In this document: in pieces, positions 54,955 to 64,000 of the stretch
Numbering within the stretch: the stretch's first letter is position 1
How the letters are laid out: every line of letters begins with the position of its first letter
DNA from: Macrostomum lignano
Lineage: Eukaryota
DNA: 64,000 nt
Direction: 5' to 3'
NCBI GenBank assembly: GCA_002269645.1
Contig: NIVC01000920.1
Span: 248,001-312,000, forward strand
Notes under the pieces: model-generated
Told to the model about the DNA's origin: nothing
Databases searched by the model: none
Seen by the model: the letters and a program-made list of their open reading frames with translations, nothing else
Translations under genes and position numbers: made by a program

Positions 54955-55760
54955 ACTGATAAGATAAGAGTTATCCATTTCAAACCTCACTCAACTTTCA
55001 TTGGCTGATAAGATAAGAGTTAACCATTCAAAACCTCACTCGACTCTCATTGGCTGATAAGATAAGAGTTAACCATTCAAAACCTCACTCGACTCTCATT
55101 GGCTGATAAGATAAGAGTTAACCATTCCAAACCTCACTCGACTCTCATTGGCTGATAAGATAAGAGTTAACCATTCCAAACCTCACTCGACTCTCATTGG
55201 CTGATAAGATAAGAGTTAACCATTCAAAACCTCACTCGACTCTCATTGGCTGATAAGATAAGAGTTAACCATTCAAAACCTCACTCGACTCTCATTGGCT
55301 GATAAGATAAGAGTTAACCATTCCAAACCTCACTCGACTCTCATTGGCTGATAAGATAAGAGTTAACCATTCCAAACCTCACTCGACTCTCATTGGCTGA
55401 TAAGATAAGAGTTAACCATTCCAAACCTCACTCGACTCTCATTGGCTGATAAGATAAGAGTTAACCATTCCAAACCTCACTCGACTCTCATAGGCTGATA
55501 AGATAAGAGTTAACCATTCCAAACCTCACTCGACTCTCATTGGCTGATAAGATAAGAGTTAACCATTCCAAACCTCACTCGACTCTCATTGGCTGATAAG
55601 ATAAGAGTTAACCATTCCAAACCTCACTCGACTCTCATAGGCTGATAAGATAAGAGTTAACCATTCCAAACCTCACTCGACTCTCATTGGCTGATAAGAT
55701 AAGAGTTAACCATTCCAAACCTCACTCGACTCTCAGTGGCTGATAAGATAAGAGTTATCC
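54955..55760 (+). repeat. 49-bp tandem array (ggctgataagataagagttaaccattccaaacctcactcgactctcatt), ~16 copies
   Basis: Visible directly, just downstream of the CHMP6 stop. Confidence 0.96.
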
Positions 55761-55869
55761 ATTCCAAGCCTTACTTAACTCTCATTGGCCGATACAAATT
55801 TAACACCCAATCGAACAAAACGCTCAGGGGCCGTCGCCGGCAAGCAATAATCTTTCGGATACCCAGGCC

Positions 55870-56511
55870 TCAACTTGCTGGCACAGCTTCGCGTTTCTTG
55901 GCTTCAGATCGCGGTTTCTGCTTCTGACCGGCGGCGACATCTTCGGCTTGGTCGGGCAGCTGGTCAGTTGGCACGCTGGGCAGCTTGGCCGTCTCAGTCT
56001 CAGTCTGAGCCAGCAGAGCGTCCAGCTCAGCCTCGCATTCGTTCTCGTCATCCTCGGTGAGTTTCCCACCGGAGAGCAGGGCGTCAACCTGTCGCTGATA
56101 CTCAACAGCCTCCTGAGTCTCGTCGAGTACGGCCTCGACTCGCTCCAGACTCAGGAAGGCGTTCAACTCTTTCAGCGCCTTGTTGCCAGCCTCCAGTCCG
56201 GCAACCACCTGACTCTGCACCTGAGCGAACTCGATATCCTGCACCAGCCGTTCCAGATTGTCCAACTGTTGATCGGCTTTCTCTAGCAGAGTCTCCTGGC
56301 GTTTCTTCTTTCTTAGAAGAAGCAACGCTTTGTCTTTGCGCCCGGCGTCCAGCAGTTGCTTAGCAGCGGCTTTGTCAGCCTTCATATGATTCTCAACTCG
56401 ACGTTGATATTTTTTCAGCTCATCGCGTTGATGCTTCAACTGCAGCACGGCGCGGTCCTGCTCCGTGACAGAGGCCGCCTTCGGCTGCTTCTTGCTAAAT
56501 ATGCTGCCCAT
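55870..56511 (-). CDS. CHMP6: Charged multivesicular body protein 6 (VPS20, ESCRT-III, Snf7 family), 213 aa, single coding exon
   Basis: MGSIFSKK (N-myristoylation-type start), VTEQDRAVLQLKHQRDELKKYQRR, ALLLLRKKKRQETLL, LDNLERLVQDIEFAQ, VEAVLDETQEAVEYQ, acidic C-terminus with LPSVP. Confidence 0.95.
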   Translation of the reverse strand: MGSIFSKKQPKAASVTEQDRAVLQLKHQRDELKKYQRRVENHMKADKAAAKQLLDAGRKDKALLLLRKKKRQETLLEKADQQLDNLERLVQDIEFAQVQSQVVAGLEAGNKALKELNAFLSLERVEAVLDETQEAVEYQRQVDALLSGGKLTEDDENECEAELDALLAQTETETAKLPSVPTDQLPDQAEDVAAGQKQKPRSEAKKREAVPAS

Positions 56512-57529
56512 GCAAGTAAATCGAGATAAAATACTCTTAAATACTGCTTTCAGTAGAATAGAGGCTAATGTATAATCTAACTAATCCAGTGGTCTATTTA
56601 AAACTAATAATATCTGCCTCAAATCTGAAGCTGTTTTGCCAACCAAGGACTCCTAAATAGTAGCAACTGGACGGACATGGGTTATAAAGCCTAAGACTAC
56701 AATATAGTAGCATCTGGAAAAGGCATAGGTAATAAAGTCAAGGACTCTTAAATAGTAGCAATTGGACGGAAAATGGGTTATAAAGCCAGCCAAGGACTCC
56801 TAAATAGTAGCAACTGGCCGGGAAACGGGTAATAAAGCCTAAGAGTAAAATAGTAGCACCTTGATGAGAAATGGTAATAAAGGCAACCAAGGACTACTAA
56901 ATAGTAGCAACTGGACGAGAATTAAGCAACAAATACTACTAAAAAGTGGCATTTAATGGGTATGGATTGAATGAAAATTAAAGGCCATTTAAACTTGAAC
57001 CTAGCCTAGGCTTATCAATTGCCTAAATAAACAAAAGCAAAGCAAAGAATCGAACACAACTGACAATTGAAGCGCAAAAAAAGAAAAACAACAGGCATGC
57101 GTTCAGAGAAACCAGCCGCTATCATCTCTGCTTTTTAAAGACTATTTCGTGCGCCTGGTGGTAAACAGGTTTTGGACTGGCCAAGCTTTTATTTTCATAG
57201 CGTCAACGGTACCCAGGGGTGTGGTGGTCAGCTTTGCGAGATTATCAAGTTAATGAAAAGAAGGGGATTATATATCAATACAAGTTATTTATTAAACGAA
57301 TTTTACACGGTAGACCGAAGGGGCAAGTTTAAAGATACGCTTTTTTAGATCTGATAACAGGAAAAAACTAACGACTTTCCTTCCAGCGGAGACGCGATAA
57401 CTACTTGTAGGTCATAGAATATACTCGTATACAGCTTTATTTAACTGTTTAGTTAAAGTTAGTTAGTATAGTATATAGAATATACAGCTTTAATTAACTG
57501 TTTGAATGCAATAATTTACTAAGTACGGA

Positions 57530-57840
57530 TGATAAGAGTAATAAGAGACAGGGGAATAAGAGCAAGGGAGATATGAGTCCCAGAGATAAGAGTCAGGGAG
57601 ATAAGAGCCAGGGAGATAAGAGTCCAAGAGATAAGAGTCCCAGAGATAAGAGTCCCAGAGATAAGAGCCAGGGAGATGAGAGTCCGAGAGATAAGAGTCC
57701 CAGAGATAAGAGCCAAGGAGATAAGAGTCCGAGATATAAGAGCCAGGGAGATAAGAGGCCAAGGAGATAAGAGCCAGAGATATAAGAGTCCGAGAGATAA
57801 GAGTCCCAGAGATAAGAGTCAGAGAGATGAGAGTCAGATA
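57530..57840 (+). repeat. 15-bp tandem array (gataagagtcccaga)
   Basis: Visible directly. Confidence 0.9.
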
Positions 57841-58728
57841 TTTGTAAAGAAATTTGTAAAGAACAGGTTGTGCAGAAACAAAATATCATTAAAGCTAGCA
57901 CAGTGGATGAGTAGTTAATAGAGGGGTCACACACCGCGGTTACAGCGACTCGACTCGGGGCATTCTCAGGTAAATGCACAGATGCAGCAAGCAGATAAAT
58001 TATGAAGCACAGATCAAACGGGGAGGCAGATTTTCAGGATTAAATTCAAAATATTATGATATTAATAATAATAATGGTAGACTATGTTACGACTTTAATA
58101 GGCAAACAGAAACTGTGGCGCACAGGTTATTAAATAAATAAATAAATAATTGGTAACAAAGAAACAGCTTATGAAGTAAGTCACAGTACCGATTAACCCA
58201 TAGCAGACGCTGAGAATATCAAAATCTTGACGGCTTAAAAAAATATTAAAACAAACTAAAACAGTTTTGATCAAAATTTGGGCAAAGTAGCGAAGAAAAA
58301 CAGACCGGGACTACTGATTACTATATAGAAAACTAATAATTTCATTAAACAGTAAACATACACTTTAGCTAAGGTAGCATGCAGAAGACACGGGGCGATG
58401 CGGATGACCATTTAGATAAGAGAACGCAAGGAAGTCGGCCATATTTTGCCTGCTTTTATTCTAAGATATGTGAAAAATTTTAACTACTCACAATTGCCGT
58501 TTAAACAGGCCTGTATGCAGCTAGGGCCGAATACATGTATAGTTATTAGCCAGGCTAGCCAATGCACCGCTGCGAGAGGCACAAGGGTCACACAGTACAT
58601 TGGATCCAGTTTTACTCACTGGCATCAGAAACAGCACGGCGGGACAATCAGGGATACCTCATAACAGTAAATAACCCTTTAATAGGAGTTCAAAGCCGAG
58701 TTATGATTATTAATTGTGATTTTACGAT

Positions 58729-61700
58729 TTATGATTGCTGATCGTCCTGACCACCGCCTCTGCCGCCGCCGCCGCGACCGCCTCGATTGGAATCTGCGAA
58801 TGGCAGCAAATAAATTTGCAATTGAAACTTGAAAGCTAAAACTGCTGATTAAGGTCGGGATTCCCCATCTCAAAAATAACCCAGATTGGGATTTCCCACT
58901 TAAAAATACCCCATATTGGGATTCACCACCTAAAAAACCCAGATTGGGACTTCCACCCAAAAATCCCCCCAGATGGGGATTCTGTGCCAAAAAATCTCCC
59001 AGATTGGGATTTCCCACCCAAAAATCTCACAGATGGGGATTCCCACCCAAAAATCTCTCAGATTGGGATTCCACACCTAAAAATACCCCAGATTGGGATT
59101 CATCAATCCTTACCCTAAAATCCACCAGATCGGGATTCACACCTATAAATACCCTAGATTGGAATTCCCCACTAAAAAATACCCCATATTGGGATTTACC
59201 ACCAAAAAATCCCTCAGATTGGGATTCCCCACCCAAAATACCCCTGATTGGGATTACCACCCAAAAATCTATCAGATTGGGATTCCCCACCTAAAAATAC
59301 CCTAGATTGGGATTTCCCACCCAAAAATCTTTCAGATTGGGATTCCCCATCTAAAAATATCGCATTTCCCACCCTGAAAACCCTTCACTTACCACCAGCC
59401 CTAGAAGGCATTGGTCGGCGATTCATCGCAGGATAATCGTTGCCATCCGCCGAGTCGGCGCCACCCTCCTGCTGCTGCCGCTGCTGATGGCCACCCCGAC
59501 GACCTCTGCCATAGCCGCCTCCGTACGGCCGCCGACCGCCGCCTCCACCTCGGAGGCTCTGCACAGCAGAGTCAGTGTGGTAGCCCTTCTCATCCTGGCT
59601 TGTATCGGAGTCGCCGCGACCTCCGCCGCCTCCGCCACCGTTGGCGCCGCCGCCGCTTCCTCCTCCAGCGGAGTTGTCGTCACGCCGGTAGGGCAGAGGA
59701 GGTCCGCCGCCTCCGCCTCCGCGTCTGGGACCTCCGCGTCCTCCACGTCCACCGCCTCCGCGTCTCGGACCTCCGCTTCCGCCGGCGTAGCCTCCGCCAA
59801 AGCCGCCGCCGCCGCCGTAGCCTCCGTAGGCATAGGGCGGGCCGCCGCCAGCTCCGTCGCTGTCGTAGGCGCGACTTTGCTGACGCAACTTAGCGGTTAT
59901 CTCTTCGCGCTGGTGGGACAGCTCGTCTACCTGCAAGGGGGTAGGGTGGGGAGCGTACGTGTGAGTGTAGTACGTGTATACCAATCCACTTTTTCTCCGT
60001 CACTACATCTACCTTTACTCTTATCTCTCTTTATTCATTCACATCTATCTTCATTCACTCCTAACTCCCTTCATTCACTTTCATCTCTCTTCATTCACTC
60101 CCATCTCCCTTCATTCACTTCCATCTCCCTTCATTCACTCCCATCTCCCTTCATTCACTCCCATATCCCTTCATTCACTCCCATCTCCCTTCATTCACTA
60201 CCATCTCTCTTCATTCACTCCCATCTCTCTTCATTCACACTCATCTCCCTTCATTCACTCCCATCTCCCTTCATTCACTCCCATCTCCCTTCATTCACTC
60301 CCATCTCCCTTCATTCACTCCCATCTCTCTTCATTCACTCCCATCTCCCTTCATTCACTCCCATCTCCTTTCATTCACTCCCATCTCTCTTCATTCACAC
60401 TCATCTCCGTTCATTCACTCCCATCTCCCTTCATTCACTCCCATCTCCCTTCATTCACTCCCATCTCTCTTCATTCACTCCCATCTCCCTTCATTCACTC
60501 CCATCTCCCTTCATTCACTCCCATCTCCCTTCATTCACTCCCATCTCCCTTCATTCACTCCCATCTCCCTTCATTCACTCCCATCTCCGTTCATTCACTC
60601 CCATCTCCCTTCATTCACTCCCATCTCTCTTCATTCACTCCCATCTCTCTTCATTCACTCCCATCTCCCTTCATTCACTCCCATCTCCCTTCATTCACTC
60701 CCATCTCCCTTCATTCACTCCCATCTCCTTTCATTCACTCCCATCTCTCTTCATTCACACTCATCTCCGTTCATTCACTCCAATCGCACGTGCCAGCTAA
60801 CGCACCTGTTTAAGCGTATCAATATGGTAGTCCAGCATGAACTTGGCATTGTCAACGGACTCCTTGGTGCCAACAAAGATGAAGGGCACCATATCGCCAG
60901 AGGATTGGTCGCCGTCGTCAGCAGAGTTCATCTGACGCTCGTCGTCGCCTTCAACGCGGACTCGAATGACGCCAGCTTTGTCCACAATGTCCTGCGGGAG
61001 CAGGTCGGAGAGGAAAATTAAAATTTCACCCAGAATCTCAATTATTATCTAATATACAATCGCATTATCTCACAAGAATTATCTTGTGAATTATCATACG
61101 TCTAGAATCTATTCTCACGTCTAGAATCTATTCTCACGTCTAGAATCTATTCTCACGTCTAGAATCTCACTCATTATCTGGCCTAGAATCTCACTCATTA
61201 TCTGGCCTAGAATCTCACTCATTATCTGGCCTAGAATCTCACTCATTATCTGGCCTAGAATCTCACTCATTATCTCACCTAGAATCTCACGCATTATCTC
61301 ACCTAGAATTTTATTCTGTATCTCAGCTAGATTAGAATCTCACTCATTATCTCAACTAGAATCTTACTCCTTATCTCACCTAGAATCTTACTCGTAATCT
61401 CACGCCTAGAATCTCACTCATTATCTCACCTAGAATCTCACTCATTATCTCACCTAGAATCTCACTCATTATCTTACCAAGAATCATACTCATTATCTCA
61501 GCTATATTGGAATCTCACGCATTATCTCACGCCTAGAATCTCATGCTTATATTATCTAGAAAATACTTAAATAACCCCACCAAGTTAGCCACTGGATTCG
61601 GGAACACACCTGAATATTATTGCCGCTCTTGCCAATGACCCGGCTAACCAATTGCCTGGGCACTCTGTACGCCTCCTCAGTGTACTCCAGCATGGCTCGG

Positions 61701-63434
61701 GCACGCCGACAGGCCTCTGCGTTGTCTCCGTAGATGCGAAATACGCCCTGGTCTTTGTCCAGTTCCACTCCAGATACGCCGTGCACTTGGCGGGCCTTGT
61801 AGTTACAAGGGGGGGGGGAGAGAAAGCAGGCAAATTACAGCGGGATTTCGAAGAATCTCAGGGTCTACTTTGGAGCGATCCGCACTCTTCTATCTTGGAT
61901 GATGATGATCTTCCCCATCCAACTGGGAGTGATCTTCCCCATCCATCTGGAAATTGACCTTCCCCATCCGCCTGTGGGTGACATTTCCATTGCCAAGTTA
62001 TCATAGAATCACAACCCTGCAGAAGTCTCACCTGTCCAATATTGGAGCCGTGAGCTCCGATAGCCAGCCCCATAAGGCTGGCCGGTACGGAGAACTCCTC
62101 CATGAGCTGGCCGCCGGACACGTGCGTGTGCTCAAGCCGCCTGGCCAGTTCGTCAGTGCGCTGTTTAATTAAACATTTCTGCCGCACCCCGCGCAGGAAC
62201 AGCTCTTCAATTAGCGATAGGCGATTAATATCCGCCTCATCAGCTGACAGAATGCTTAAACGAGTGCCGCAGACCAGGATTAGGTAGGGCGAACGAAACC
62301 TAGGAGGAGAGGAGAGGGAATCAGTGAGACAGTAGTGACTTGAGTACTCAAAAAGGCTTAAACAGCGAACCATACTACTGAAAACAAAAATATAAGTAGC
62401 AAGAGTGGAATCAAAAATTAAAAGTGAAAAGAAATAATTTATAAAAAACTATAGGTATAATTTATTAATCATGTAGGGCCATAGTTAATAGGTGGAAAGG
62501 CAAAAGCAGATTGAAGACATGTAGATAAGCAGGTTAAAAAGAGGTAGATAACCAGATTGAAGAGACGTAGATAAGCAGGCTGAAGAGAGGCAGATAAGCA
62601 GGCTGAAGAGAAGCAGATAAGCAGACTGAAGGGAGGCAGATAAGCAGGCTAAAGAGAGGCAGATAAGCAGGCTGAAGGGAGGCAGATAAGCAGGCTGAAG
62701 AGAGGCAGATAAGCAGGCTAAAGAGAGGCAGATAAGCAGGCTGAAGGGAGGCAGATAAGCAGGCTGAAGAGAGGCAGATAAGCAGGCTGAAGAGAAGCAG
62801 ATAAGCAGACTGAAGGGAGGCAGATAAGCAGGCTAAAGAGAGGCAGATAAGCAGGCTGAAGGGAGGCAGATAAGCAGGCTAAAGAGAGGCAGATAAGCAG
62901 GCTGAAGGGAGGCAGATAAGCAGGCTGAAGAGAGGCAGATAAGCAGGCTGAAGGGAGGCAGATAAGCAGGCTGAAGAGAGGCAGATAAGCAGACTGAAGA
63001 GAGGCAGATAAGCAGGCTGAAGAGGCAGATACATTATACAGTTGCACAAACCTTCGCACGAGATCGCCGTGAATCTCTGGCTCGGCCACCCGATCAGCCA
63101 CATCGTGCGGGACGGTGATGTCGCGCCTGTACAGCCGAACTCCTGCCAAAGGCTTAGCGGAACCTCGCGGCCTGACCCGATTCCGTTCAACAACATCCTG
63201 AGCTCCGGAGTGCTTGAACACGCACACAACAAATTCGCCTTTGACACTGCGGACCGTGGCTGGCCACCAGCAGGCTTCTGCGGAGCTGAACACTTCCACT
63301 TCCTCATTGTCGCTCAGCGAGGGCTGAACACAGTTGTCGCCGCAGACATAGGCGTCATTGAGCGGCACAGATGCAGTGTGACCAGTGCTGTCTACGTACT
63401 CCACAGTCGAGTCAGTCACGTTTTGAATATTCAG
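58729..63434 (-). CDS. FMR1: Fragile X messenger ribonucleoprotein (FMR1/FXR) homologue, 5'-partial: Agenet/Tudor, KH1, KH2, RGG-rich tail
   Basis: complement(join(58729..58793,59393..59930,60806..60991,61610..61795,62032..62299,63052..>63434)) with compatible phases. [21 protein letters not shown] (Agenet 2), [14 protein letters not shown]|ARQVHGV (KH1), [12 protein letters not shown]|[15 protein letters not shown] (KH2), [18 protein letters not shown]-rich tail. The first coding exon was not found and probably lies beyond the window. Confidence 0.93.
58850..59360 (+). repeat. ~26-bp degenerate array (cagattgggattccccacccaaaaat), last FMR1 intron
   Basis: Visible directly. Confidence 0.87.
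60030..60785 (+). repeat. 20-bp tandem array (ccatctcccttcattcactc), FMR1 intron
   Basis: Visible directly. Confidence 0.95.
61095..61555 (+). repeat. ~24-bp array (ctagaatctcactcattatctggc), FMR1 intron
   Basis: Visible directly. Confidence 0.88.
62570..63030 (+). repeat. 23-bp tandem array (gaggcagataagcaggctgaaga), FMR1 intron
   Basis: Visible directly. Confidence 0.93.
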
Positions 63435-64000
63435 CTAGATTTTATAATTGATTTGGGTATAAAAAATGCAATTCCGGTTATAAAATTTGTACGAGTATAT
63501 GCAATTTTTTGGCAAGTTAGCATGCCATAGTTTTACCTATCTGCCAATAAAACATTGCAACTTAAGCATGAAATCTTATATAAGCTATAGCAGTATGCTA
63601 AACATTTATTTAGTTCATATTTAGATCTAAACGTCTTAAGTGGTCAATTTCTGTAAAACCAAACTTCTGAAAAAAAATATTTAGTTAATAGAGCTAGATA
63701 GACCTTCATAGAATGCAAGGGTTAGAATATAAAATTGGAATATTTACAGGTTGGAATTAACATTTGATGATTATTGGTACTTTATATTGCATGTTAATAT
63801 CCTTTTTATTGGACTAGACAAAGATGATATCAGATTTTTATAGTTTTTTAGTTTCTTGCTCTAAACTGCTGTGACTTCAAAAACAAAATGGATATTTAAA
63901 AAAATTTTTTTCAATGATTTGTTGCTATATTTAGAGACCATTGAATAGCATAATGCCTAACTGATTTGATTCTTAATATAGTTTAATAGTCTAGGGAAAA

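Noticed and set aside
54955-55760. Regular 49-bp (and 33-35-bp) repeats superficially like CRISPR arrays
   Set aside because: Units are head-to-tail with no unique spacers, there are no cas genes, and the context is eukaryotic.

Overview
Eukaryotic (animal) genomic DNA with GC-rich exons and introns mostly filled by tandem repeats. The style suggests the flatworm Macrostomum lignano, but that is an unverified inference. Most long ORFs in the supplied track are repeat artefacts. Manual splicing, with each intron phase checked, gives five genes. (1) A 19-exon minus-strand gene (22906->1018, 8466 nt, ~2821 aa) encodes one polypeptide: RIG-I-CTD-like Zn domain - RIG-I/Dicer-type DECH helicase - linker - eukaryotic RdRP (DLDGD) - TUTase/PAP-type nucleotidyltransferase (GS, DxD, D) - KH-like domain - unassigned C-terminal domain. 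It looks like an RdRP small-RNA amplification complex built as a single chain and is the main finding. (2) A 5-exon SLC7/CAT-type amino-acid transporter (+, 26440-31422). (3) A 17-exon POMGNT1-like protein (-, 52138->32500) with degenerate catalytic residues. (4) Intronless CHMP6/VPS20 (-, 56511->55870). (5) A 5'-partial FMR1/FXR homologue (-, >63434->58729). The window also holds about 40 tandem arrays, an inverted pair of arrays flanking the last two coding exons of gene 1, a ~90-bp dispersed repeat, a tRNA-like element and probable transposon remnants. No homology searches or expression data were available, so domain calls rest on motif recognition.
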